Assembly (NCBI GenBank): GCA_951406725.2
Contig: OX597819.1
Span: 44,640,001-44,704,000, forward strand
Reading direction: 5' to 3'
DNA: 64,000 nt
DNA from: Octopus vulgaris
Taxonomy: Eukaryota
Shown: piece by piece, positions 40,189 through 52,958 of the stretch
How positions within the stretch are numbered: the stretch's first letter is position 1
Layout: each line of letters starts with the position of its first letter
The notes under the pieces: model-generated
The model's input: only the letters and a program-made list of their open reading frames with translations
Databases searched by the model: none
What the model was told of the DNA's origin: nothing
Position numbers and translations under genes: made by a program

Positions 40189-41476
40189 CGAGGGGGTACA
40201 CAAAAGTAATCGGAAATGTTCTCTGTGGGGCAAGCCAGTCGTAGTTCAGACTTTCGCAGCTAGAAGTCACTTGATGCAACCCTCAGGCATCAGTCTGCCA
40301 ACCGGTGTATTCGTACTGCTATGCAGTGCGTTATTGTTTTGCAGTGCTTCTCCACCCACTACGTCGATTTTTGCGAAGACTGAAACGAAGCAACAGCGTG
40401 CTCCTGTGAAATTCTCTTTCCTGCTGGGGAAAACGACAGCCGAAACAGTTGTCATGCTTTAAACAGCTTTCAAGGACGCTGCCATGAGCAAAACACAAGC
40501 TTACGAGTGGTTTTCACTCTTTAGGAATGGATACTTGTTGCTTGAAGATTAACCTCGTTCAGGGCAAACATCGACCTCCCGATCGACTGAAAACATCATG
40601 AAAATTCATAAACTGATTTTAGAGGACTGATTTTGGAGGACGTCATCGAACAGTCAACAAGGCTTGCTGGTGCGACTGGTACGTCTTGGAGCTCCTGCAA
40701 ACGAATTTTGAGCGAGGAATTGCGAAGGAAAAGAGTTGTAGCAAAATGTGTAACTCACTTGCTCTCGGAAATTCAAAAGCAGTCACGCCTAAATGCGTGT
40801 TGTAAACTGAAAGAACAGTTTGAAGTTTATCCGGACCTTTTATCTGAAAGTCTTCCCTGATGATCAAAGCTGGTGCTACGGGTACGACCCGGAAACGAAG
40901 CAGCAATCACGTCCATGGAAGAGTTCAATGTCCCTACGCCCCCACAAAACGCGTCAAGAGAAGACCAGTATCAAGACGATGCTGATTTGTTTCATCGGTG
41001 GGAAAGGGTTTGTCCACACAGAATTTGTTCCTCTTGGTCAAACGGTTAGACTGTTAACTAGACATTTTACTTGGAAGTTTTGAAGCATTTGCGAGATGCG
41101 GTGAGACGAAAACGGCCTCACTTGTGGCAAAGTAGTGAGTGGTGGTCTCATCAAGACAACACGCATGCGCACACCGCCAGGAGTATGAGACTGATTTTGA
41201 CCAAAAATAGTAGAGCCCCGCTTACCCACCCTCCTTACACGCCTGACCTTCCTCCCTGCAACTTTTTTCTTTCCCCAAAGAACAAAGTCCTTAAAGGAAA
41301 ACGTTCTTTCAGATGTGGAAGAGGTGAAGAAAAAAGGGACAGAGACGTTCCAGGGCAGCTTCGAAGAGTGGACCGATGCACTGCTTCAAGTGGAGAATGC
41401 TTTGAAGTGTAAACATGTAAAGCTAAGTGAATAAAATAATATTACAAAATTCCGGTTTCTTTTGGGTACCCCCTCG
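40189..41476 (+). mobile_element. Full-length (1288 bp) decayed mariner, irritans-like
   Basis: TIRs cgagggggtacacaaaag / cttttgggtaccccctcg; DDQSWCYGYDPETKQQS, KTMLICF, HQDNTHAH, HPPYTPDLPPCNFFL. Confidence 0.93.
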
Positions 41477-41699
41477 TGTATAAATATATTTGTAAATGTA
41501 TATATGTATGTACTATTCTGATTTCAAACGAGTGGAAAACGTAACCACTACAGATATAGATTACTCTCTGCTTTTATCCAGTGTTTTGCACATGTAGAAC
41601 TCAATACACATATTACTCAGTTTTCTTACGTGCACATAACAGAGAAATTGAATGTAAAAGTAAACATCAGATTCTCGTCGCAATGCATGCGCACAACAG

Positions 41700-41912
41700 G
41701 AGAAATCTTCACAGGAAGAACTTCCATCCGATAAGTGTTTCGGCTCTCATTCCTGACACTTTACGGGGGCCGGGCCCTGCCAGGTAAAGGCGCCTAGGTG
41801 TCCCCCTACTGCTTTTCAAAATCCAGTTCCCAGCGGGATTCGAACCTGAGTCATTCTTTCTGTGATCTTGGGTTCTCAGGTAAGTGTTTCAGAACACTAT
41901 GCCTCGCTGACC
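41700..41912 (-). mobile_element. tRNA-derived SINE (further family)
   Basis: Minus strand ggtcagcgaggcatagtgtt...caggttcgaatcccgctggg (B box); not a clean cloverleaf. Confidence 0.55.
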
Positions 41913-41984
41913 ACCGAAGCTACCAGTTCTTTTGTTCCTTATATTTCCTAAAATAACCGATTACATAGATGCCTGTCCTCAAGA

Positions 41985-42125
41985 GATTCATATTTCATCG
42001 ACCCCGAAATGGCAGGAAGGCAAAGTCGACCTCAGTTGAATATTGAACTCAGAACATGAAGACGGACGATATATCACTAAGCTTTTCGCCTGACATGTTA
42101 AAGATTCTGCCAGCTCGCCGCCTTA
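41985..42125 (-). mobile_element. SINE family B, 5' portion
   Basis: Reverse complement reads aaggcggcgagctggcagaatc..gagttcaa..gaggtcgactttgcctt. Confidence 0.8.
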
Positions 42126-42748
42126 CCCTGGAGTGCATTGTTAATTTATTATCAGTGTTAAGAAAAAATGTACTGTTATGCAAATTAGGTAAACCCGTTT
42201 AGAAGATTCCGAATTTGCATACACTACAAATAGCTTTATTTCACCCATTAATATGTTGTGAGATACATATTATCCGGTGAAGCTTTATGAAGATAAGAAT
42301 ATAGTTAAATCCATCACTCGTTTTCTACTCATAAAATGATAAAATTGGTTGTCAAACCAATATATTTGCTCTTGACGTCGAAGTAAAAACTAAATTTATT
42401 AAAACTGTATTCTTAACATTTAATAGCGTTTACTATGTGATTGTAAGCCAGGTAATATATACATATGATACATAAATAGACGCAAGAAACAAACCTGTGG
42501 CTTTGAATTTTAGCATAGTATACACCAGTTTTAGTGCCGGGAGACGTCCATGTATATATTCTATTTCAAATTGTCCAAAAGTCGCCATATACTGCATAAT
42601 TAATTATCTCTGTCCGTCTAATTTGCATAAGAATGCAAATTTCACAGACCAGTTTAGCTGTGACCGAGTTTCTGCATACCGTAAAACAGAAATAACAATA
42701 TGCCATTTATCTCTCAAAGGCCAGAAGACAAAAGCCGCTGTGCAATTC

Positions 42749-42797
<49 letters not shown>

Positions 42798-42868
42798 GTG
42801 TTGGTCTGTCAATTTGTCTACTTATCTACGTACATATATATTTTCGTGAATATATATATATATATATC

Positions 42869-43216
42869 CTAGCAGCCATACCCGGCGTTGCTGGGGATTA
42901 ACATGGCATAGGTTTTCATTGATTTACCTGTTTCAGTCATGTGACTGCGGCCATGCTGGAGCACCGCCTATAGTTAAACAAATCGATCTTTGTAAGCCAT
43001 GTACTTATTCATTCTAGCAGTAACCAGTAACTTTCGACGAACCGGTACGATACGGAGACGTAAACGCAGCAATATCGGTTGTCAAGCGATGGTGGGGCTA
43101 AACACACACGCACACACACACAAACACACGCACACACAAATGTACATATCTATACGACAGTTTGCTTTCAGTTTCTGTCTACGAAATCCACTGACAAGCG
43201 TTTGGCCGGCCTGAGG

Positions 43217-43259
<43 letters not shown>

Positions 43260-43520
43260 CTTTTACTGCTTTACTTCGACCCCTGCTGCTTATTCTATTG
43301 ATTCTTCGGCCGAACCGCTACGTTACGGGGACGTAAACGCACCAACATCGGTTTTCAGGTGATGGTGGGTGTGGGACAATCATAGACACTAATGCACACA
43401 CACACATATATACACATACATACACACACACACACATATATATACATAGATATATACATATATATATATATACATATACATATATATGTACACATATATT
43501 TACACATATATACAAACTTG

Positions 43521-43553
<33 letters not shown>

Positions 43554-43787
43554 ATAGTGAAACTAACAGAAATGAAACTATTAAAAGTGAAACTATATCA
43601 CATTACAATAAAGGTGTTATTGTTTCACTTTTGACACGTAGTGCTGAAACAGACTAATAGATTGCTCCGGGCTCGCATTAAGCAGAAAGTTCAAAATATT
43701 CTGGCACAAAACACCCCACGGGCTCAAAGTAATACATGTGTAAAACGTGAACGAAATCGGTTGGGTAGTTCTCGAGTTTTGGTGATG

Positions 43788-43823
<36 letters not shown>

Positions 43824-43865
43824 TGGACAGATAGAGTGGCACACATTCTCAGTTCTATATATATA
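42869..43865 (-). mobile_element. Non-autonomous Helitron-like element with (CTGT)n, carrying nested SINE A fragments
   Basis: Minus-strand 3' end is a GC hairpin cccagc-aac-gccggg, 8 nt, then CTAG. The 5' part has (CTGT)n followed by aactcgagaactacccaaccgatttc. SINE A pieces lie at 42925-43222 and 43258-43400. Confidence 0.7.
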
Positions 43866-44598
43866 TTTGTTTTACATATATATTTATATACATAATCCTA
43901 CACATACGTACATACATACATGCATATATATATATATACATATGTGTGTGTGTGAGTGTGTGTAAATAAACTTATAAAGCAAGGGAGAGAGCGGGAAAGA
44001 GAAGAAACAGAACAGAGGAAGGGTTGATAAACATATGCACATGACAGTAAACACCTGACATCTGATCACATATTACTAGAAAAGAAACTGGAAGTTAAAA
44101 ATTACAAAAATAATTCAGTAAAAGGAGAATTGTAAAATTTGCTAAAAAGTAAAATAGAAAAAAAATAAAATAAATTAACAGAGGAAAACCACACGGAAAA
44201 ATAAAATTACTCAAAGTTTCATGTTAAAGTAATGTTTACGAGGAATAAGTAATACAGAACAAGTTAACACCCGACTGTATGTGAGTAATATTGACAATTC
44301 TGGCGGGTTAATTAAATTCAGGTAAATCTAAAGGTGTGTTGGGAAAATTCTTGAGTAAGTTTTTATTCAATTGAATTCTGTAATTTTAGTAATGAACAAG
44401 TCTGGCTGTGAACGTAATTATTTTAAAATATATGTTGTTGACACACAGACAGATGCAAGCGTACAAAGAGAGATGGGAAGATATTGAGAGAAAAAGAGAG
44501 AAAAGCGATGTTTCTAGAGAAAAGATAGGGAAACATAGACATATATGGATAAATATATCGAATATACACGTTGTGAGAGGGATATAAGTCAAGAAATA

Positions 44599-44636
<38 letters not shown>

Positions 44637-44741
44637 GTATGTATATATGTATGTACATATAGGTATAAATATATATATACATGTATATATATATATGTAT
44701 GTGTATATATGTATATATGTATATATATACATATATATATG

Positions 44742-44778
<37 letters not shown>

Positions 44779-44789
44779 GTATGTATGTA

Positions 44790-44837
<48 letters not shown>

Positions 44838-44841
<4 letters not shown>

Positions 44842-45561
44842 AATGAGATAGGGGTTGAAAATTCAACCCACCATGGGATAATATATATCCAATATACTGC
44901 TAGATAGGTACCCAACAAAATTAATACATAGATGTTAAAAATTGTCAAACAATCAGTTCATCTATTGTATTATATGGGTAAAGGTAATAATATTACCGTA
45001 AATTAATACTACAAAATTAGAGAATGGAGAAACATACTTAAATCAGTAAAACATCAACTATCCGATGATACTCAATCCATACTTTAATACACCATTATAT
45101 ATGAGTAAAGGCAATATATAAAATGAAATGAGATATACAGTAATAGTAAAAAGATAAAGAGATATAAGTAAAAAATTTCAAATATAATATGCAAATAAAT
45201 CAAAACTGACAGCTGTTTCGGCAATGAGGGCAGTCATACCTCATTTAACCTATAAGCCATAAAGGCAGGTATAAATGAGGCATTAACAAGGATGCCCCAC
45301 GGCCTCTTCAGAGAATTAAATTAAATTTGTTATAATAGTGAAAAATATTATATAATCATATACATATAAATATAAAAATATAAAAATGTAAAATATAAAA
45401 ACTTATACATCATAATGCTACACTTATATAATATAATATAATATACTATAATATACTATATTGCCTTTACTCATATATAATGGTGTATTAAAGTATGGAT
45501 TGAGTATCATCGGATAGTTGATGTTTTACTGATTTAAGTATGTTTCTCCATTCTCTAATTT

Positions 45562-45565
<4 letters not shown>
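44838..45565 (-). mobile_element. (TA)n-flanked Penelope-like remnant with 109-bp perfect inverted duplication
   Basis: 45010-45118 is the exact reverse complement of 45457-45565; a hammerhead motif lies between them. Confidence 0.65.
45206..45313 (-). ncRNA. Hammerhead-like RNA with intact core and greatly extended stem II
   Basis: ct-CTGAAGA-ggc...gcc-GAAA-cagctg-TC-ag; the ~85-nt stem II pairs ggggca/tgccct, atgcctcattta/taaatgaggtat and acct/aggt. Stem I is weak. Confidence 0.6.
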
Positions 45566-45615
<50 letters not shown>

Positions 45616-46469
45616 AATAGCAGTGAAGGAGAGAGAGGAGGGAGAGAGAGAGAATGAGAGAGTACATGGGAAAGATAGAGAGACACTAAGATAGAGAGTG
45701 TGAAAAAACTAACGTAGTTGGATGTCTAATTAGCCAAATATATCGGAAGAAGTCCAGACAGACCAATATATAGATCAGCTGCGGTACAGTTTATAAGTTT
45801 CCTTTTGTCAGCTATTTTGTCATTTAGCTAATTTGTTATTTATGTAGGTATTCAGGTATATAGTTTAGGAAATGTGTTGATACTTGTGAACAGATGTCAA
45901 AAGAAAAAGAATGGACAGATAGAAGGTTGGTGAGAAAGGACGGAGTCTTGTATACTGCATTAAATAGCTATGTACATTTAGAGGGGGAGAGAGAGTGAGA
46001 GAGAGAGAGAGAGTGAGAGAGAGAGAGAGAGATAGATAGATAGAGAGATAGATACTGAGATAGATATATGATAGAGAGACAGACAGACAGGCAGAAAGAA
46101 AGACATAGATAGATAGATAGAAAGAGAGAGAGAGAGAGAGGGAGAGAAAGGTGAGAGGCAGAGAGGGAAACGATATTTTTGGAGATAATTTTACTTTCGT
46201 TTTTAGTCTTTATTGTTTAGTCATTAAGATAGGTGTTAGCTTCTCTTCTATTCCTATGGTGAGAGAAAAATTCATCAATTTCATGTTTGGTTTGCTCAAA
46301 GTATTCTAAATCAATCGAAGTAAAATACTTGACAAACACGGAGTTCTGAGTTTTCTTTGATCAAAATTATCCAAAATAAAAGTGCTTAATAAATAAAATA
46401 ATTGACAAACGTAGAAATTATTCAAATGATTTACTTATCGCCATTTTCATTTGTGAACAATTGTTTTTT

Positions 46470-47000
46470 TTTTTTTACCAGGACCTGTATGTAGTCTTCC
46501 ATAACAGTAGTATACCATCGACCTTGTTGCCTTTTCTTTAATGTTACAATGTCTTAGTAAAAACTTTTACCATGATCTAGACTGGCGTCATAGTTTTCAC
46601 GGAAGAAATAATATGCGCATGCAAGCAATGCGCTTTTAAATACACGCGACAACCATATTCTAATAAGTTGCTGTCAAATTTGCCCCTAGCTCCCTGTTGT
46701 TATACTCTTTGTAATTTCCAAGACATCCAAAATGCATACTGTAAAGCGCACCATTCTTCACAATCGATTCCATTCATCTTTGCTGGAATTTCTTTTTACG
46801 CCAACATTAGTTTTATTTGAGGTCCTTGTAAAGTGGATAACTTAAAAAGCTACTTTTTCAAAATGTATTGTCTTTAAAAACCGTTTCTCGGTTTCAATTT
46901 TAAACGGAGAGTGAGTAATACATCTATAAGCTCTATATTTTAGTCTTCCAGGATTTAATTATCGGTGGGGAAGCAAGTGAAATATCCGAAAATGATCCAC
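46470..47000 (-). pseudogene. DDE transposase fossil, CMC/Chapaev-like (family assigned from memory)
   Basis: Manual translation: GPQIKLML...CLGNYKEYNNRELGANL...GCRVYLKAHCLHAH/FFRENYDASLDHGKSFY*DIVTLKKRQQGRW..VMEDY, matching the pattern SLK.HFLHSHLDFFPENLGAVSDEHGERFHQDI..MEKRYQGRW. Confidence 0.65.
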
Positions 47001-47379
47001 TCAAGAAACCAAGTAAAAAGGCAACTATCTCGGAACCTTTTACATGCGTAGCATTTAATTTCTGCACAGCTGTGATAAGTAGCTTTCTTTCATTCGTATC
47101 GAATGTGCAAGAGGTAGAGATGGATATTGGTTTCTATTGCTTCCAGGCTTCGATTTTAAATGTTAAAGAACAATTTGTATTCCACTAGGTCATGTAACAG
47201 TCAAGCAAAAGTCAATAAACAATCATCGAATTTGCAGGAACTCAGGTCACCGTTAACATTAAGGTAAATTGCGAATTCTGCGTGTTTATGCTGACAGACA
47301 CTGGACCTGGAAACCTACCAATAAGAAATTCCCTCTTCTCTCTGAGTATGTATAAAGAAGTACCTGCTTTTCTTAAACT

Positions 47380-47560
47380 TACTGTAGCTTACAACATCAA
47401 GCACCTTCCGGAGTATTCGAGCGGATCCAAGTAGTGCTGTTTTCTGAAAGTGCCCCACCATTATTGCAGTCTATTTTTTTCACGTACTTCTCGAGACATT
47501 TGATCACTGTTCCCAGGGCTGAAACAATTATTGGTACTACTGTTACCTCTTGCATCGACC
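47380..47560 (-). mobile_element. R4/Dong family E C-terminal fragment
   Basis: SMQEVTVVPIIVSALGTVIKCLEKYV../QKTALLGSARILRKVL; similar to 57256-57432. Confidence 0.7.
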
Positions 47561-47579
47561 ATTATTATTATTATTATTA

Positions 47580-47746
<167 letters not shown>

Positions 47747-47775
47747 GTTATTATTATTATTATTATTATTAGTAT

Positions 47776-47900
47776 TACTTTTTTTTTCTTCTTTCAAATT
47801 TGCTTCCATTTCTTGCCGAGTGTCTTCCCGACTCCTAGGGCAAAGAAACTCATAGTATACATTGGTAGGCCATTAAACCAAACTCAATAGTTCGTTAATG
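47776..47900 (-). mobile_element. Very short 3' end related to Dong family C
   Basis: caaattt..ttcc.tttct.gccgagtgt..cc...c.cctaggg shared with 22541-22620, 50572-50700 and 52613-52701; (TAA)n flanks. Confidence 0.7.
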
Positions 47901-47986
<86 letters not shown>

Positions 47987-48544
47987 GAGTGAGAGATCAG
48001 TGCATGCCATCAAAGTGACACTGGGGTAAAATATACGAAGCTCAATATACCCATCATGACTACCCGTCTGATAAAGTTACACAAGGCACATGCATCACAA
48101 CCAGGTGTGTGCGCGACATGGTGATCTCATATGAAGGCAAACAGCACATTACCTTACAGGTGGGGCCCAGTTAGAATTTTCTTCTGGTCGAGTAGCCCAT
48201 CCCGCTCAAAAGGTGCCTGAATAAGGGTTGTTTAAGGATGTTGAACGAAACACCCATGTTTCTAGAGATGAATGATTCAAACCCCCAAAGAATCCCTCTC
48301 AATACATGGTTATGATGCTCCCCTACTACTTCTGCTCGTGATCAGAGATGCACATATCGTTAGCCACTAAAGGACATGCTCAACTGGTTACGGTTAAACA
48401 ACCGACAAGCAAATCTGTGGTATTGAGCAGAATATTTGCTGTAGCCCGTCTTTTATACCAAGATAAAACAATATACATGATAACACTTCCAATCAGTTAA
48501 GATAAGAAGCCACGAGAGCCACTGCCTGGTACTCCATCAGGACA
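47987..48544 (-). mobile_element. Family T element, full length (~555 bp)
   Basis: End-to-end match with 52037-52592; both flanks are (TAA)n. Confidence 0.9.
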
Positions 48545-48574
48545 TTTATTATTATTATTGTTGTTGCAATTATT

Positions 48575-50298
48575 GCAGAGGGTGGATTGATGTATTGCGC
48601 AGCGGAACTTGCAAAGTAAATGGCCGCCTATCGCAGCTGTTTAGTATAGCACGTTCGGTCCGTCAATGTTATCCGCTGTCACCTCTTCTGTATGTGCTAG
48701 CTCTCGAACCATTGCTGCGGAATTTGGAACAGTTAAGTGACCTCTCGTTTGAAATTGGACTCGGGAAGGCAGTATCGGCGTACACGGACGACGCCAACGT
48801 CATGGTGTCGGACGTTTTCGGAGTAGAGACGGTCAGCTCCATTGTAAAGGAATATGAGTCAGTTGTTGGGGCCAAAATAAACGCCGACAAATCGGTGGGA
48901 TTACGAGTGGGCACCTGGAGAGACAGATCGATGCCGTAGGACGATGGGCTGACGGACCAGTTAAACTGTTCGGGGTCTGGTTCGGTTCCGACCTCCAAGA
49001 ATGGGGAAGATTTGACGAACAGGGTGGCCTGTCTTAACCAGAAATGCGCAGAGAGGAAGTTGTTCCTGAATGGTCGGGCAGAGGTAGCGAATGCCTACAT
49101 CGCCTCTGTCATTATTTACCGTCGTACCTTACCCCATTTACTGCTTGATTAGATTGGAGCGTATCATGTTTATTTTCTTGTGGATGCGACGCGTTCCAAT
49201 GGTCAATTGGTCAGTCTGCTGCCAAACCCCTCTGCGTGGAATCTTAGGCCTGCCATAGCTTTTGATACCCAGACACGCACTCAGGTTGCGCCTTCTGCAA
49301 CGATTTCTAGAAGGTGAACGTGTGTGGGCTCCGTTTGTGAGACGCGCCTTTCCGCAGCTCGTCTCCTTGATGGTGCTGCAATCCTTAGTAAAGGATAGGC
49401 CAAGACTTGGCACCTGGCACTTAGAATATTGTCAGGCGTTCACTTTCCTCAACAAGTCGGGTAATAGGATCGGTGGATGTTCCACTTTAGCTATATACAG
49501 AGCATTAGTAGTGGGGAAGTTCAACGAAAACGAAACGGCGTCGACGAAGACATACTGGCAAGTCTATTCTGGAGGACATTCCAGTCGGGGACTATTTGGG
49601 ATGATTTCCAGCTGTCTTTGGCCCAGCAGTGCTACAGGGGGGGGTGCACTACCGGTTTGAGATAAACACTAGAGGCACCGATGTACTGTTAGACGGGCTT
49701 GTTTGAGTTACACTTAGAGCATGCTCTCGTTCAGTATCCGAGCATTGCTGACTTGTGGAGTTATGACGAACAGCTGCTGTCGTGTGTGGGACGAATCCGT
49801 CTGTCAACCGAGTGCATAATGATGAGTGGCCTGCCGCCTTCCTTTTAATGGGACAGGCAAAGCAGTTTTTCTTTGTCTGGTGGCTTTGGCGAAAGACGTT
49901 ATTTGGTGGATGAGGCTGAAAGGAATGAGGGTAGAAGCATTCCTCTTTGGTAAAGCTCTCATCGACTTATCTCAGTTTCACTTGGAAAGGAAAATCAGAA
50001 TGGAGAGGGAGGTGCTGTCCCCGAGAGAATTTATCAAAAGGTAGGTGAAATTTGCGAAAATGGCAAGAGCTGATGGTACGTACCCCTTACGATGTAGAGC
50101 TGTGAATGGAAAGAAATGAGTTGTAGAGAGTACTTCTTCTTGGTATTCAGGGTGATCTTGGGTGGTGAGTTTCCTCGATTATCCCTAGAGACACTCCTGT
50201 ATGAGGGGGATCCCTTCACTATCACAGTTTTCTTCCCTCTTCTGCTAGAGTCGTATAATACATATACTCCCCTTCTAATGTATACCGGGTATACCATT
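48575..50298 (+). mobile_element. Tx1/L1-clade LINE, 5'-truncated and decayed
   Basis: KVNGRLS..F.I.RSVRQCYPLSPLLYVLALEPL, SAYTDD, YE...GAKIN.DKS; downstream frames broken. Confidence 0.85.
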
Positions 50299-50319
50299 TA
50301 TTATTATTATTATCATTAT

Positions 50320-50500
50320 TAAGGTGGTGAGCAGGTAGAATCGTTAGCACCCCGCGCGAAATGCTTAGCGTCATTTCGTCTGCCTTTACGTTCTGAGTTC
50401 AAATTGCGCCGAGGTCGACTTTGCTTTCATCCTTTCGGGTCGATAAAATAAGTACCAGTTGAACATTGGGGTCGCTGTAATCGACTCATTTCCACTTCCT
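50320..50500 (+). mobile_element. SINE family B
   Basis: aaggtggtgagcaggtagaatcgttagcac..gaaatgcttagcg..gagttcaaattgcgccgaggtcgactttgc. Confidence 0.85.
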
Positions 50501-50879
50501 TCAAGCTGGCCTTCTGGCAAAAAATCAAAATAATAATAATAATTATTATTATTATTGTTATTTTCATTATCCTCTTCTTCAAATTCTGTTTCCATTTCTT
50601 GCCGAGTGTCTTCCGAACACCCAGGGCAGAGAAATGCACTGTGTACATTCGTAGGTCATTAAAATAAACACACCAGATTGTTCCTTAACAAAGACATGTG
50701 ATAGAGAAAAAGGGGAAGAAAGACACAAAAAAATATAAAAATTAAAAGTAAACAAAGAAAATAAGAGGGAAAGGGGAAAGAAAATTAACGACAATGCTCT
50801 TCTCAGTATGTATGACATATCAGTTAAGACAATATTTTGCTCTACTCTTGAATGGATGGTAAGCCAGTGATCATTCTTA

Positions 50880-51037
50880 AATCACTTTCAGCTCCTTTAT
50901 TGATCATTCCAAATGCTCCTACAATCACAGTTATTGGTTAGCCGTCTTGAGATGCCACATCTTTTCGATTTCGAGTACCTAATCTTTATATTTTCTGAGC
51001 TTATCAAATTCTTTCGCCGCGGTATTATGGTTAACAG

Positions 51038-51040
<3 letters not shown>
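50880..51040 (-). mobile_element. R4/Dong RLE fragment
   Basis: NTAAKEFDKLRKYKD*VLEIEKMWHLKT next to (TAA)n. Confidence 0.6.
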
Positions 51041-51099
<59 letters not shown>

Positions 51100-51534
51100 A
51101 TTCTAAAAGGATTGACGTAACTCTTCACAAAGGTAAACAGTCAAGACGAAGAGCGCGATTCGATTGTCAGATATTTTATTGGTTGAACTATATTTCGACA
51201 GACGAGTTCAAAGTAAAAAGTGATAAACATTCAAAATTTGAGAAATTTCAATCTAAAGTATGAACGAGAGCAACCCGCGTCCGCACGTTGATGGAATGAT
51301 ATCGTCAGTCTTTAAGTTTCAATTTTATAACAGGCGTAAAGAAGAAAACAGAAGAAAAGACAAAGAAAGAGGAAAGAAAGAGGAAAAAGAAAAAAGAAGA
51401 CTATTTAATGAAACCGTTATGTATAAAATTTTATGATATTCTCCTGTTATTTTATTCATTCCTCCAGGGCGTGATGTTAATAACCCGAAAGCGCATTTCT
51501 CCTCATGCATTTTGAGAACTGAAAGTTAAGCATG

Positions 51535-51745
51535 GGGTACTCGACCTGACGAAAATTCTAACTGGGCCCCACCTGCAAGGTCATGCGCTGTTTATCTTCA
51601 TATGAGATCACTCTGTCGCGCAGATATGGTTGTGATTCATACGTCTGGTGTATCTTATCAGGCGGGTGGTCATGATGATCATGCTGGGGTTCGTATATTT
51701 TACTCCAGTGTCACTTTGCTGTCATGCACTGCTCTCTCTCAGTCA
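51535..51745 (+). mobile_element. Family T, older 3' fragment in the opposite orientation
   Basis: Reverse complement of about 52037-52245 with many substitutions. Confidence 0.8.
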
Positions 51746-51769
51746 CTTATAGAAATAATGATAATAATC

Positions 51770-51980
51770 ATTTCTATTATTGGCAGAAGACCTGGAATTT
51801 GTGGGTGGAGGGTAGTCGATTACATCGACCTAGTACTCGACAGGTACTTCATTTATCAACCCCGAAAGGATGAAAGGGAAAGTCGACCTCGGCCGAATTT
51901 GAAAACAGAACATAGCGACGGGCGAAATACTGCTAAGCATTTCGTCCAGCGTGCTAACGATTCTGACAGCTCACTGCCTT
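51770..51980 (-). mobile_element. SINE family B
   Basis: ccccgaaaggatgaaagg.aaagtcgacctcggc.gaatttgaa..cgaaatactgctaagcatttcg. Confidence 0.85.
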
Positions 51981-51981
51981 A

Positions 51982-52036
<55 letters not shown>

Positions 52037-52592
52037 TGAGTGAGAGAGCAGTGCAGGCCATCAAAGTAACACTGGGGTACAAATATACGAAGCCCAGTAT
52101 ACCCATCATGACTACCCGTCTGATAAGGGTACACCAGGCACGTTCATCACAACCATATGTGCGCGACATGGTGATCTCATATCAAGACAAACAGCGCATA
52201 ATCTTGCAGGTGGGACCCAGTTAGAATTTTCTTCTGGTCCAGTAGCCCATCCCGCTCAAAAGGTACCTGAATAAGGATTGTTTAAGGATGTTGAACGAAC
52301 CACCCATGTTTCCAAAGATGAATTATCCAAACCTGCACGAATTCCTTTCAACACATGGCTATGATGCCCCCCCACTACTTCTGCTCGTGGTTAGAGATGC
52401 ACATACCGTCAGCCACTAAAAGACATGGTCAACTGGTTAAGGTCAAACATCTGACAAGCAAATCTGTGGTATTGAGCAGAATATTTGCTGTAGCCAATCT
52501 TTTATACCAAGACTAAACAATATATATGATAACACTTCCAATCAGTTAAGATCAGAAATCATGAGAGCCACTGCCTGGTACTGCATCAGGGC
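52037..52592 (-). mobile_element. Family T element, full length
   Basis: Matches 47987-48544 at both termini. Confidence 0.9.
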
Positions 52593-52958
52593 TATTATTA
52601 TTATTATTATTATTTTCCTTCTTTCTTCAAATTTTCTTCCGTTTCTCGCCGAGTGTTTTCCGTACACCTATGGCAGGATGTTTTCCATACACCTAGAGCA
52701 GATTATTATTATTACTATTATTATTATTATTCTATGTTTGACTTTTGCTTTATATTTGTACAAGTTGGCTCCAAGTCTCACCCAGAGACCTCAAGAGACA
52801 ACAGGGTTGGAAGTTCATGTTGTTGTTATGCCTAGTGTGCCATATATTTGGGGGTGGGGATGTTGTACTAATGAATGTCTAAAAAGAAAAAAAAAAAAGT
52901 TTTTTTTTTTTTTTTTTTTTTTTTAAACCGAAAATTATGTTTGTTTTAAACCTTGAGA

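Noticed and set aside
52535-52592. Resemblance of family T end (atcagttaagatc; cctggtactgca) to U2 snRNA pieces
   Set aside because: Only two short imperfect words, wrong spacing and antisense to the inferred element strand.
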